From an uncultured virus (IMG/VR IMGVR_UViG_3300032323_002211) (Duplodnaviria > Heunggongvirae > Uroviricota > Caudoviricetes): 64,000 nucleotides of DNA. The DNA is taken from the IMG/VR virus record IMGVR_UViG_3300032323_002211. One strand, given 5' to 3'. Below, in pieces: positions 30,201-38,273 of the stretch. The number at the start of each line of letters is the position of its first letter. Position 1 is the stretch's first letter. The notes below the pieces were generated by a model that was not told the origin of the DNA, did not search any database, and saw only the letters and a list, made by a program, of their open reading frames with translations. The position numbers were made by a program, and so were the translations under genes.

Positions 30201-31916
30201 AGCAGAACTTGTATTTAAAGACTGATTTAGATAGTATACTAGACCACCCGCAACACCACTCACACCACTTGTACCTGTAGTGCCACTAGTACCTGACGAT
30301 GCAGACGTACCACTTGACGCACTCGTTCCTGAGCTACCTGAAGTTGCAGACGTGCCACTAGTACCTGATGAGCCTGAGCTACCATCCGTACCATTTGTAC
30401 CTGACGAACCTGAAGTTGCAGAAGTACCACTTGATGCACTCGTACCTGAGCTGCCACTCGAACCACTCGTGCCACTCGTACCTGTAGTTCCTGACGAGCC
30501 TGAACTTGCTGAAGTACCTGAGCTGCCACTTGAACCACTCGAGCCTGAACTTGCTGAAGTACCTGACGAACCATCAGTACCTGAGCTGCCATCCGTACCT
30601 GCCGTACCTGCAGTGCCTGAAGAACCACTTGATGCAGAAGTTCCTGAGCTGCCTGAAGTACCTGCCGATGCACTCGTACCTGAAGTGCCACTTGATGCAC
30701 TCGTACCCGAAGAACCATCAGTGCCTGAGCTACCATCCGTTCCTGAGCTACCATCCGTACCACTAGTGCCTGTAGTTCCTGACGAACCTGAACTAGCACT
30801 CGTACCTGATGAACCACTTGAACCTGACGTTGCAGAAGTGCCTGACGTTCCTGCCGTACCTGAAGAGCCTGAACTAGCACTCGTTCCTGAGCTACCACTA
30901 GAACCTGAAGTTCCTGAGCTACCTGATGAGCCACTTGAACCTGAAGTTGCAGACGTACCACTACTTGCAGACGTACCGCTACTTGCACTCGTTCCACTAG
31001 AACCTGACGTGCCTGATGTCCCTGCCGTACCCGAAGAGCCACTTAGACTCTTTTGGTTCATAATAGCAGTGGTATCATTTATTTTTATATATACAGGGTA
31101 AGCATCACCTAAAGCGGGAGGAGTAACTGATAAGTTATTCAAACCACTTGGGTCAAAATATAGTACATCACCCACGTTACCAACAAGAGTAGGTAAGCCA
31201 CTTACGATACGACCAACGGGTCTTACACGAAGATTACCATTTTCAGGGGTATCAGCAGAAGTGACCATACCCGCTATCTGAACGATATTGGGCTCTAAAG
31301 TAGAAGTTACTTTGACAAATTTTCCTGAGCTATTGATTTTAACGAAATCACCAACGGCAATACCTGAATAAGTAGTATCGTTGAAGTCAATGCAGAAAAA
31401 GTCAGTTAAATAGTTTCTGAATCTAAACCTATCATGTAGGTCATTTAGCCAATTGGATAAATCTCCGATTTGGCTTCTAATTTGTTCTGTTGCTACAACA
31501 ATAGGAAGTCCATCATCACCTAATCTAAAAATAACACCTACGAAACCTTCAGGTGGGAAGTTATTTCCCATTGAAGTGTTATCAACAATAAGATTGTAAA
31601 GGTCTACGTCTTGTAGAATTACGGTACAGCTTGTATTAAACTCACCGCCAATATTAGATATAGCATTAATGCGGTAGCAGTTACCATTTGGTAAGCCAAG
31701 CCACATTCCAACTTCAATATTTGTAGAAGTATAGTAAAGAGGTGGAGTAGTATCATAACTACTCGTCTCTTGTATTTCAATAGTTAAATCACATTCAAAA
31801 GTGAATGGAGAGCCATTCCAAGGACTAAGTGCATTTATATAAGTCGATACTACGCTTGTAGAACCGAAGTTTATACTTGCAGGTATTGTAATAGGTGGTT
31901 TTATCAAACTCGCCAT
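24234..31916 (-). CDS. Giant fibre/spike protein with Gly-X-Y Ser/Thr repeats, 14-residue repeats and C-terminal peptidase S74 chaperone
   Basis: Two (G-S/T-S)n tracts; long run of N-x-A-S-G-x-x-S-x-V-G-G-G repeats; SDERLKDI...IGYSAQNVQEILP...VDY. Confidence 0.85.
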   Translation of the reverse strand: MASLIKPPITIPASINFGSTSVVSTYINALSPWNGSPFTFECDLTIEIQETSSYDTTPPLYYTSTNIEVGMWLGLPNGNCYRINAISNIGGEFNTSCTVILQDVDLYNLIVDNTSMGNNFPPEGFVGVIFRLGDDGLPIVVATEQIRSQIGDLSNWLNDLHDRFRFRNYLTDFFCIDFNDTTYSGIAVGDFVKINSSGKFVKVTSTLEPNIVQIAGMVTSADTPENGNLRVRPVGRIVSGLPTLVGNVGDVLYFDPSGLNNLSVTPPALGDAYPVYIKINDTTAIMNQKSLSGSSGTAGTSGTSGSSGTSASSGTSASSGTSATSGSSGSSGSSGTSGSSGSSGTSASSGSSGTAGTSGTSATSGSSGSSGTSASSGSSGTTGTSGTDGSSGTDGSSGTDGSSGTSASSGTSGTSASAGTSGSSGTSASSGSSGTAGTAGTDGSSGTDGSSGTSASSGSSGSSGSSGTSASSGSSGTTGTSGTSGSSGSSGTSASSGTSATSGSSGTNGTDGSSGSSGTSGTSATSGSSGTSASSGTSASSGTSGTTGTSGVSGVAGGLVYYLNQSLNTSSAFGSPTYKQWSPIGTTTGETTVVTTFNQNVRTLIATYATDSGVPNFTSIPAGNWAWVTHFSIDTNAIVAIDIELYSYTTGGVSTLLGTTNLDTESMATGVIKEFFTDLFLGQTALNATDRLYCQIYAEHDGGANKTLTFYTEGTSNYSYAQTTFNPPSGTSGTSGANGTSGTNGSSGTSASSGTSASSGTSATSGSSGTSGTNGSSGTDGSSGTSATSGSAGTSATSGSSGTDGSSGSSGTNGSSGTSGANGSSGTSATSGSSGSSGSSGTAGENGTSGTSGSSGTSATSGSSGSSGTSGVNGSSGTSGSSGSSGTSGSSGTSATSGSSGSSGSSGSSGTSGNSGTSGSSGTSASSGTSGSSGTSGSSGSSGSSGTSASSGSSGSSGTSGSSGTNGSSGSSGSSGVGAVIVLGAGGCSSVRCGVSNSATGTYTGNLAGLSNTIGGTAYNIVVGGNNNTASGTYYAFIGNGGANTANGNVSFIGTGVNNVASGEYSFVGNGIGNAASGARSFVGGGCSNTASGACSFVGGGSNNTASGCWNFVGAGLSNSASGNYYASVVGGVGNCATASYGAIGGGYFNCTGFVAAVGGGDGNKAMGCYSAIGGGYCNCASGNCSFIGGGGGVGGACNISSGAWATIAGGNTNRALATTSFIGGGTSNTICGTGNTVNISIVGGASQLATCAGAFIGGGSTNTASSYDAIVTGGVGNANSGLRSFIGGGETNVVSGVRSTISGGLSNIVSGNCAIIGGGQSNTATQYYTFVGGGCGNTAGGVNAAIGGGLGNVNNGDAAIIGGGVTNCTCSGGYHAFIGGGRDNRATARHTTVGGGQGNTASACASTVSGGQNSLASGVYSAVSGGLANTSSGGYSSIGGGLSNGATATLSTVAGGQNNTASGNRSTVSGGQLSTASGACSTISGGDSNTACNSGSSIGGGQGNVASGGHTVVGGGISNTASGNCSFVGGGSGNIANNGHSAIAGGDTGVASGVHSTVSGGFANTASGTRTFVGGGRNNTASGYGASVVAGNYHTASGSYYNFIGGGFCNVTTGFNSPAIAGGQCNRVTNSMAFVGGGYCNTTSGYRGTVSGGFCNLASGEGSAVAGGVSNTASGYRSGVVGGQSNTASGTHSVVVGGIVNCTSGNCSTIAGGGNNTISGVQSFIGGGCNNLINSCLSFIGGGDINRACAPRAVIGGGYANTASGCYSTVSGGYKNCTQGNNSFVGGGVCNMICCATALSCSAGATIAGGIGNNTSGGCYLTTLGYFCVSPTTFFAAGQYSTIGGGFQNRAGSDLSTIGGGLCNVATGGYISTIAGGKQNTSSGYISFVGGGQCNTSSNLRSTLSGGYSNSATGGYSTLSGGAGNTASGGSSFLGGGSGNISSGDTSTVAGGVGNTASGACSFVGGGRANCATAYYSSVLGGNLNCALDGLSVIGGGGCNRVGGGSASGIFSGFKHNILSSDSTISGGYQNTINTGAAQAGITSGIYNTISAYRAFIGGGQSNVASGGHTVVVGGNGNSATACRGFVGGGLSNLAFGNNTVVGGGIANCACGTESATLSGLYNLASGAVAIVAGGRSNTASGNCSTIGGGISNQAQACYTTVSGGVGNCAIEGYGAIAGGYYNCTGFVGHVGGGDGNKAMGCYAAIAGGYCNCASGNCSFIGGGGAIGACGNVASGQHSAIVGGWCNRATAAAGFVGGGVNNKACGASFGFVGGGEANTASGNYYATIVAGSSNTASATLSFVGGGVLNAASGACSTIGGGANNIASGGWSSVGGGNGNTASGIRSTASGGYNNTASGCETTVAGGRGNVASGSWATVAGGFGNVANFSINTVSGGYNNTASGNRGYVGGGGLNTASGQYSSVLGGKAVTISGNYSGGGGVCFTGACTQTFYWNNFCAINCMWAQAYFESSDERLKDIHCRVNSFDNINPIYFKWKEGDSSRINIGYSAQNVQEILPDSVRTDEKGKLNVDYHQVHIYKMMTLEERIAKLEDKLKKYEA
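28985..31045 (-). repeat. Two collagen-like Gly-Ser/Thr-Ser coding tracts (about 28985-29731 and 30257-31045)
   Basis: Gly (sometimes Ala) at every third residue; 9-nt periodic DNA. Confidence 0.85.
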
Positions 31917-31924
31917 ACATCAGA

Positions 31925-32671
31925 TTAAACTTTTGCGAAGAAATAGATTGTCATAGTAGAAGCACCTACTGTAGCATATCCTGCCAAAGTACCCGATAAA
32001 CTATAAAAAGTTACTGAAGTATACCCGCTATCTTGGAACATAGAATAGTTACCTGTGGTGTTACCCGTAAAAGTTCTTGTAAGCACATTCGCTCCATTGA
32101 CACCATTTGTCCATGCACTTGTAATTACATTACCTAATGGATGACCGATAGTAAACTGACTACCTGAATCAATTGTAAATGACCAACCTGCTGCACCAAT
32201 TAAACTTGCACCCACAGGGTCTGTCGCACTTGCTACAGTATTTAAAGCACCATTCACCGTATTAAGTACAACTGTGTATGTTTTCAAAGTACCCGCTGCA
32301 CTCACACCGCTAGTACCTGTAAGACCTGAACTGCCTGAAGTCCCTGAAGAGCCTAAAGCACTCGTTCCTGAAGAACCTGCTGTTCCTGCTGTGCCACTCA
32401 CCCCTGAAGTTCCTGTAAGACCTGAGCTACCACTTGAGCCACTACTTCCGCTTGAAGCAGACGTACCGCTAGTGCCTGTTAGACCTGCAGTGCCTGAGCT
32501 ACCTGTAAGACCTGACGTGCCTGAGCTACCACTAGTGCCTGACGTTCCCATACCCGAAGTACCTGAAGTACCAAAGGTTTGACCGCTAGTACCTGATGAG
32601 CCCGAAGCTCCACCTCCACCGCTACCGCCTGAAGTAAACCCAAAATAGTCTGTGCCTAGAAAGTTGCTCAT
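31925..32671 (-). CDS. Small fibre-like protein with G-S/T-S repeats and a beta-rich C-terminal domain
   Basis: Same repeat type as the giant fibre. Confidence 0.7.
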   Translation of the reverse strand: MSNFLGTDYFGFTSGGSGGGGASGSSGTSGQTFGTSGTSGMGTSGTSGSSGTSGLTGSSGTAGLTGTSGTSASSGSSGSSGSSGLTGTSGVSGTAGTAGSSGTSALGSSGTSGSSGLTGTSGVSAAGTLKTYTVVLNTVNGALNTVASATDPVGASLIGAAGWSFTIDSGSQFTIGHPLGNVITSAWTNGVNGANVLTRTFTGNTTGNYSMFQDSGYTSVTFYSLSGTLAGYATVGASTMTIYFFAKV

Positions 32672-32681
32672 TATAATTTAT

Positions 32682-33080
32682 TTACACTTTTATTAATTCA
32701 GTTAGATATACTTCTTTTACAAATTTACCTATATTAAATAGAAAGAATCTGCATTTTTCGTCATCTTCTTTATCTAAATAAACACAGACATCAACTTGTT
32801 CGCTACCCAACTCCTCTTTAAATCCGTTTAAGAACCCTATGATATGTGGGGGAACAAAAACTGTATACCCTTTCAAATCAAATTTTACGTTCAAAATATC
32901 TTTTAAACTAACCTCTTTTACAGGTTGGTTATTGTAACACACTTTATATCCTTCCTCCTCTTCGCCTTTAAGATACAACATTAAAGACACTTCACTTTCC
33001 TCTTTTTTTGATTCTGCAGCATATCTTTTTATGCCTTTACAGAATATTTTTGTTGCTTCACTGATAATGAAATCTTGCAT
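32682..33080 (-). CDS. Hypothetical protein
   Basis: 132-aa ORF with the ACCATAAAA leader. Confidence 0.65.
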   Translation of the reverse strand: MQDFIISEATKIFCKGIKRYAAESKKEESEVSLMLYLKGEEEEGYKVCYNNQPVKEVSLKDILNVKFDLKGYTVFVPPHIIGFLNGFKEELGSEQVDVCVYLDKEDDEKCRFFLFNIGKFVKEVYLTELIKV

Positions 33081-33111
33081 TTTTATGGTTTTTTTTTGTG
33101 TAAGAAAATAT

Positions 33112-33390
33112 TTATGACTTCGATATAACTATTTCCGCTATGTCCCCTGATGTACCCGCATCAATCGTAACTCCGTCAATCGGGTTAGATACAACCGATG
33201 CTGTGATTGTAACACCTTGTCCTTCGTTTAAGGTTACAGGGTCAGAAGCAATACCTTGAAATGTACCGCTACCTGCTACTGTTATTGTACCTAAACGACA
33301 AATAACGCTTAGTCTCACTGCATTGTCTGATGCAGCTACTGATAAGCTATCATTGGTAAGGGTGTATGTCCAAATGTTAGTTGCTCCCAT
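33112..33390 (-). CDS. Small beta-rich putative structural protein
   Basis: 92 aa, alternating V/I/T pattern. Confidence 0.6.
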   Translation of the reverse strand: MGATNIWTYTLTNDSLSVAASDNAVRLSVICRLGTITVAGSGTFQGIASDPVTLNEGQGVTITASVVSNPIDGVTIDAGTSGDIAEIVISKS

Positions 33391-33394
33391 TTTA

Positions 33395-33883
33395 TTATTT
33401 TATTAAGCTCTTAAAATTATTTTTATACTCAAAAGGTATGGTTGTCTTTATAAATCCACTTTCCACCTTTACATAACCTTTTGCCTCAAAAGTCATATCT
33501 TTTGCTGCAATAGTAAGTGTTACTAAATTCACTAAATTACCTAGAACAAGTCTAGGGTCAAAGCTAAATCTATACGTTGCATCTGTAGTCTTTGCAGGTA
33601 AAACAACTATATCTTTCACATCGTTTACGTTACCTACTTTGATACCATTGATAGTAAAATCAAGATACATTTCCTTAATGGTAGCCTCTACATTTGAAGC
33701 GTTATAGATTCTATTAGTAATATCCAAAGATATATTATCCATACCAACTTTAACCACTTTAAGACCTACTACTTGATAAGTAATATCCTTTAAGAAGTTA
33801 ATCTGCTGCTTATAATAGCGAACAAGGGCATAACCAATTACGGCTAACCCTGATACTACTAAAAGTGGTTTTAAATTTTTCAT
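33395..33883 (-). CDS. Membrane-anchored LEA_2/WHy-like protein
   Basis: N-terminal TM helix; IYNASNVEATIKEMYLDFTINGIKVG pattern. Confidence 0.6.
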   Translation of the reverse strand: MKNLKPLLVVSGLAVIGYALVRYYKQQINFLKDITYQVVGLKVVKVGMDNISLDITNRIYNASNVEATIKEMYLDFTINGIKVGNVNDVKDIVVLPAKTTDATYRFSFDPRLVLGNLVNLVTLTIAAKDMTFEAKGYVKVESGFIKTTIPFEYKNNFKSLIK

Positions 33884-34482
33884 TTCTTTAAAATTAACGC
33901 TATTACTACGAGTGCTCCTAGCCCAATTCCACCGTAAATTAATAAATTTTTATTTACTCCACCTACACTTTTTTCAGGTGTACCCATGTCAAGTCCTACT
34001 AAATCACCTTTAGCTTTATTTACTGCTGTATCAGATACATTTGTAAGGGTGTCTAAAAGTGCTTTTCTTTCAGCCTCAACCTTTTCTTTAGCCAATTTAT
34101 TTACGCAATCGTATTGATTTTGCAACTTTTTAGCTTCAGCTTGAGCATTACGAGCAAATTTAAGCTGAATAGGTAAATCAAAGCCATTATTTGAAGCCAT
34201 TATTTTTGTAATTCTCTCGATTTCTACCTGTGCGTCATCTATAAGTAACTGAATACCCCCGCAGGTTTTTGTGTCGTATTGAGCCCACTTTGCTTTTGCG
34301 TCTTTCTCTACTTGAGCAATAGATTGTTTACGCTTTTGGCTACCAAAAAGGTTATAGAATTGCTCTTCACCTGTAAAACCCAAATAGCTTTGAGATTTTT
34401 CGTCTACGAAGCACCTGTCGTTACCTACCCTTGAAGGAGCTAGAGCACTAAGCTCATTATTTTCAATCATGTCTACTGCCAT
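33880..34482 (-). CDS. C-terminally anchored membrane protein
   Basis: FTGEEQF motif, coiled coil, C-terminal TM helix plus KK. Confidence 0.7.
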   Translation of the reverse strand: MAVDMIENNELSALAPSRVGNDRCFVDEKSQSYLGFTGEEQFYNLFGSQKRKQSIAQVEKDAKAKWAQYDTKTCGGIQLLIDDAQVEIERITKIMASNNGFDLPIQLKFARNAQAEAKKLQNQYDCVNKLAKEKVEAERKALLDTLTNVSDTAVNKAKGDLVGLDMGTPEKSVGGVNKNLLIYGGIGLGALVVIALILKK

Positions 34483-34491
34483 AACTTTATA

Positions 34492-35001
34492 TTATATTGT
34501 GTATTTAATCTTTTTAGCAGCCCAATCCTTATTTATGTTACTTACTCTATAAGAGGTTAAGCCAAAATATTCGTTACCTAATTCTTTCTTAACATAAGTC
34601 AATAAATCCATTTTATCACCCACAGGTATACCAAAAGCATAGTCCTGACGGCTACCAAAAGCTCTAATTAGTTTAGCAACGTCTAGGTCGTTTTTCATTT
34701 TTTTCAAAGAATCCTGAACTGCAGCATAGTCATCACCAACGGCAAATCTCATGCTATTGTATATAGTATTAGCCAAAGTATCGTATGTACTATCGGGATA
34801 ACTAGCCTTTTGAAATCTTTGTAGATTTGCTATTTCACTATTTATGTTTCTACCTAGTTCAGCGTTTCTTTTTGCCTCTTCCGAAGGAAATACAATCGTG
34901 TAAAGTTTCTTACCAACGAAAAATAGGGCTGCAGCACCGCCAACTACAACGATACCTTTAGCCCATTGAGGTAAATCTTTATAATACTGATATGCTTTCA
35001 T
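34492..35001 (-). CDS. Membrane-anchored protein with an annexin-like repeat
   Basis: N-terminal TM helix; ANTIYNSMRFAVGDDYAAV...LIRAFG...DLLTYVKKEL. Confidence 0.45.
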   Translation of the reverse strand: MKAYQYYKDLPQWAKGIVVVGGAAALFFVGKKLYTIVFPSEEAKRNAELGRNINSEIANLQRFQKASYPDSTYDTLANTIYNSMRFAVGDDYAAVQDSLKKMKNDLDVAKLIRAFGSRQDYAFGIPVGDKMDLLTYVKKELGNEYFGLTSYRVSNINKDWAAKKIKYTI

Positions 35002-35011
35002 AATATTTTTT

Positions 35012-35344
35012 TTATCTTACTGCCCTACCACCCTTAGTATTAATAGTTTTACCATTATACTCAAATGTAGTTTGATTGTTTTTTGCTGCTTTAGACCAAG
35101 CTCTTAAAAAAGCCATGTCAAACTTTTTAAGGTCTTCTAATGTTCCCGTACTAGCATCTGCCTTTTTGATTGCTTTAGCATAAGCATTTTTAGAGAAAAA
35201 CATATAGTAAGCACCATAAGCTACTACTGCGTAAAGACCAACGTAAAAAATTACTTTTTTATTCATAATATCTTTTTTAATTTCCTGAAGCGTAAACGTC
35301 TTTGATTTTATATTCCTCGATATATTCTTTAATGAACTTATCAA
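35012..35344 (-). CDS. Small membrane-anchored protein
   Basis: Likely start at MNKKVIFYVGLYAVVAYGAYYMFF, downstream of the ORF-track start. Confidence 0.6.
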   Translation of the reverse strand: MISSLKNISRNIKSKTFTLQEIKKDIMNKKVIFYVGLYAVVAYGAYYMFFSKNAYAKAIKKADASTGTLEDLKKFDMAFLRAWSKAAKNNQTTFEYNGKTINTKGGRAVR

Positions 35345-36080
35345 TTATATCGTATCTTAATTTGTTCTGCTGTGATGGATAACCTATAAATGTTTCTCCA
35401 AAAGCAGAATAAGCCTCCTTAATTGGATAGCCCAAACCTAGATATATTGTAAGACCATTTAAGTCTGCTTCAGTTTCGTTTGCTATATCACTATTCACAT
35501 AGTAGTGGCTAAACTCATGGAGTAAAATTGCCATTCTCATAGGTATAGTGAAAGGTAAAAAAGCCTCTTGAGAAACTTGTATTCTACCATTTTTTGTGCT
35601 TATACGAGCAGGAGTAGCCATCTTCTGACCTTTACTGCTAATAATGTATGGCAGGTATTCTATTTTGAAATTACCCGCTGCACTTACATAATCTTTTTTT
35701 GCAGAAAGCCAACCTGCATTATAACAAAACTTTTGAGCAAAAGCAACGAAGTTCCTAACTAAAGGGGTGTCCATTTTTGTTTTACCCAAAGTAATATCTA
35801 GCTCTTCTTTCTTTACATCTAAAACTTCAAAAGTAGGGTCTTCACCCTTTTTCTTGTTACCATTCTTTTCATTATAGACACTCAAAACGCAAGTATTAGG
35901 AGACAAAGGCATCCTAACATATAAGTCCTGAGTTCCGTCTATAGTTTTAGTTCTATTTGTAAAGTAGGTATTAGCCTGACCTGCATCGTACACTTTTAAT
36001 ACAATAACTTGAGGACTAGTGGTTTTAACCACCACCTTAACCATTAGTGGTTCATATCTTGTCCAAAGTTTATATTGCAT
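35277..36080 (-). CDS. Zincin-like metallopeptidase
   Basis: ILLHEFSHYY (HExxH) followed by ETEAD. Confidence 0.7.
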   Translation of the reverse strand: MQYKLWTRYEPLMVKVVVKTTSPQVIVLKVYDAGQANTYFTNRTKTIDGTQDLYVRMPLSPNTCVLSVYNEKNGNKKKGEDPTFEVLDVKKEELDITLGKTKMDTPLVRNFVAFAQKFCYNAGWLSAKKDYVSAAGNFKIEYLPYIISSKGQKMATPARISTKNGRIQVSQEAFLPFTIPMRMAILLHEFSHYYVNSDIANETEADLNGLTIYLGLGYPIKEAYSAFGETFIGYPSQQNKLRYDIIDKFIKEYIEEYKIKDVYASGN

Positions 36081-36375
36081 CTGTGTATAGTGGGGTTTTA
36101 ATTTTCTCAGGGTTTACACGACTTCTGCGTTTTTGTGATTCAAAAGCCTTTTCTTTTACCGCCTTACTAGCTTGTACGGGAGGTAAAACAACTTCAAAAT
36201 CTCTTAAAAAAGCATTCGTATACTTTGAAGATTCTACGTTTGTAGCATCAGCAATAACTTCTTTTACTTCAGCGTCTGTCATTAAACTAGCAGAAGGTTT
36301 TTTCAAACCTCTGTAATATAAGTGAGCAGCTAAACCGCCTATTACAACTCCAATAAGTACATCACCTAATTTCAT
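36070..36375 (-). CDS. N-anchored membrane protein
   Basis: VLIGVVIGGLAAHLYY. Confidence 0.65.
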   Translation of the reverse strand: MKLGDVLIGVVIGGLAAHLYYRGLKKPSASLMTDAEVKEVIADATNVESSKYTNAFLRDFEVVLPPVQASKAVKEKAFESQKRRSRVNPEKIKTPLYTDAI

Positions 36376-36376
36376 A

Positions 36377-36682
36377 TTATTTCTTTTTCATGATTTGACG
36401 AGCTACTACAGCTAACAAAATGATACCACCTACGATATACAATGTTTTTACAGGCATTCCTAAAATAGTCTTTCCCATTTCTTTTTCTTTAGTTTTAAAT
36501 TTATTTAAAGTTAAATTAATTTCTTGATTTAACCCATCATTCAAAGGGAAAACTCCCTTAGTTTTTTCTCTTGTTAGCCACTCAGAGAAATTGAGTGTAC
36601 CACCATCTTCTTTGTAAATCTTAAAAAGCTGATTTGCGGTAAGTGTTTTTTCTAAATCAATTTGATTTTCTGCCATATTCAT
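36377..36682 (-). CDS. C-anchored membrane protein
   Basis: C-terminal TM helix plus KKK. Confidence 0.65.
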   Translation of the reverse strand: MNMAENQIDLEKTLTANQLFKIYKEDGGTLNFSEWLTREKTKGVFPLNDGLNQEINLTLNKFKTKEKEMGKTILGMPVKTLYIVGGIILLAVVARQIMKKK

Positions 36683-36684
36683 GT

Positions 36685-37125
36685 TTATTTTTTGACTAAG
36701 TACAAAGAAGACGCATAACCTATTACTTTGTTACCATCTTCTGAAACTTCATACCAACCTGCCACTTGAGAAGGATTGCCATACAAAGTACTTTTATTCG
36801 CTATCTTCTTAACTATTTCAGATTTTGCACTAGGGGTCTTTCTAATGTTTAGATTGCTACCTAGTGTTTTTACCTCATATGCTTGTTTTGAAGCTCCTGT
36901 GTTTAAGAATAGAGCACCTAAAGGATTTGTAAGTGCAAGGTTTGCAGCAACTATAGCTTTCTTTTGCTCTTCTGTTAATTCAGGAGCTGTAGTTTCTTCT
37001 ATTGTTGCTGTGCCTTCATTAGCAGCATCTTTTTTACCAAATAGCTTTCCTCTAAAAGCATATAGTAAACCACCTACGGCTAATACACTTGCAACCCCGA
37101 TTAATATTTTTGTATTCTTTTCCAT
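36685..37125 (-). CDS. Membrane-anchored SH3b-domain protein
   Basis: N-terminal TM helix; SNLNIRKTPS...WYEVS...GYASSLYL. Confidence 0.75.
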   Translation of the reverse strand: MEKNTKILIGVASVLAVGGLLYAFRGKLFGKKDAANEGTATIEETTAPELTEEQKKAIVAANLALTNPLGALFLNTGASKQAYEVKTLGSNLNIRKTPSAKSEIVKKIANKSTLYGNPSQVAGWYEVSEDGNKVIGYASSLYLVKK

Positions 37126-37126
37126 T

Positions 37127-37528
37127 TTATTTGTGTTCTATTAGTAATTCTCCTAAAACTTCTATTCTGCCTACCTTTTTTTGAAAGTCTATTTGACCGA
37201 TACTCATGTCCTGAATACCTTTATTAACTTCATTAATTAGACTTTTTAGCTCTTTTTCAGCCTCTGCAAAATCTAATTTTCCTTCAGCAGCACTTTTATA
37301 GTAGGGCTCTTTGACATCAAAATGATAGTAAGTCAGCATTGATAGTCCACCCTTCTCTTTAGCGTTTTCTGCAATCTTCATAGCACCCTCTCCTCTTTTT
37401 TTAGAGAAGTCTTCAAGTTCTTTGTCTGTGCTTTCTGAACTTTGCTTTTTATTTTTGTTCATAATTAAATAGGTTAAGCCTAAAAGACCTAACCCACCTA
37501 ATATGAATACTTTTGTGTTTTGCTCCAT
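37127..37528 (-). CDS. N-anchored membrane protein
   Basis: MEQNTKVFILGGLGLLGLTY, similar start to 36685-37125. Confidence 0.65.
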   Translation of the reverse strand: MEQNTKVFILGGLGLLGLTYLIMNKNKKQSSESTDKELEDFSKKRGEGAMKIAENAKEKGGLSMLTYYHFDVKEPYYKSAAEGKLDFAEAEKELKSLINEVNKGIQDMSIGQIDFQKKVGRIEVLGELLIEHK

Positions 37529-37755
37529 TATTCTTCTACTTTTGGTAGTAATAATTGAGATACCAAACCACCTATAATAGCTCCTATAAATGCCGAAGAG
37601 ACTAGATTGTATTGACGAGAATAACCTATTAATAGACCACCTGCCATTCCAATAAAGCCTCCTGTTATAGTGCCCTTAGTTTTTTTCAAAGCCATACTAT
37701 CAGACTTTGATTTAAGCTCTTTAGCCTTCTGTAACAATTCTGATGCTTCAGCCAT
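37528..37755 (-). CDS. Small membrane protein with glycine-zipper-like helices
   Basis: GGFIGMAGG and AFIGAIIGG. Confidence 0.65.
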   Translation of the reverse strand: MAEASELLQKAKELKSKSDSMALKKTKGTITGGFIGMAGGLLIGYSRQYNLVSSAFIGAIIGGLVSQLLLPKVEE

Positions 37756-37767
37756 TTTTTATTTTTT

Positions 37768-37869
37768 TTATTTTTGACCGCTCTTCCAACTTCTAGAAAC
37801 TACATAAACAGTAACACCTAGTGCTACAAGTCCTAAAGCATACGCTAGTAAATTTTTTCCGTTTTTCAT
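37768..37869 (-). CDS. Small membrane peptide (33 aa)
   Basis: Read manually: MKNGKNLLAYALGLVALGVTVYVVSRSWKSGQK; paralog at 46962-47069. Confidence 0.7.
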   Translation of the reverse strand: MKNGKNLLAYALGLVALGVTVYVVSRSWKSGQK

Positions 37870-37872
37870 TTT

Positions 37873-38271
37873 TTATGGATTGAATTGTGATAAAATAGTT
37901 TTTGTAGGTGTCCTTTTACTTGCACATTTACAAGCCTGTTGAATATCAGTTGGAGCATCACCTGTTGCATTAACAAACAATGGTGCACCTACACCTCTGT
38001 CATAAATATTAGGTACTAAATTTTGAGCACTAATATAAATAGGAGGTTTTACACCACTACCCATAGCACTTAAAGTAAGAGGGTTTGCAGTTAAACCACT
38101 TGATGGCTGTTGAGGTGCAGGGTTAGGGTCAGGAATACCTACAATGATTGGAGGATTTTCCTTTTTCAAATCTTCAACTTTAACGTCTTTTTTCTTACTA
38201 TAATATCTCAAAGCAAGTATAGTTGCTACAACACCCGCTCCAAACCATAATATTTTGTTATCTGTTGCCAT
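37873..38271 (-). CDS. N-anchored Pro-rich membrane protein
   Basis: N-terminal TM helix, Pro-rich body. Confidence 0.65.
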   Translation of the reverse strand: MATDNKILWFGAGVVATILALRYYSKKKDVKVEDLKKENPPIIVGIPDPNPAPQQPSSGLTANPLTLSAMGSGVKPPIYISAQNLVPNIYDRGVGAPLFVNATGDAPTDIQQACKCASKRTPTKTILSQFNP

Positions 38272-38273
38272 GA

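Noticed and set aside
24715..32582. Plus-strand and alternate-frame ORFs (e.g. 28882-29754, 30280-31101, 30260-31042, 32274-32582)
   Set aside because: Antisense or frame shadows of the Gly/Ser repeats in the fibre genes.
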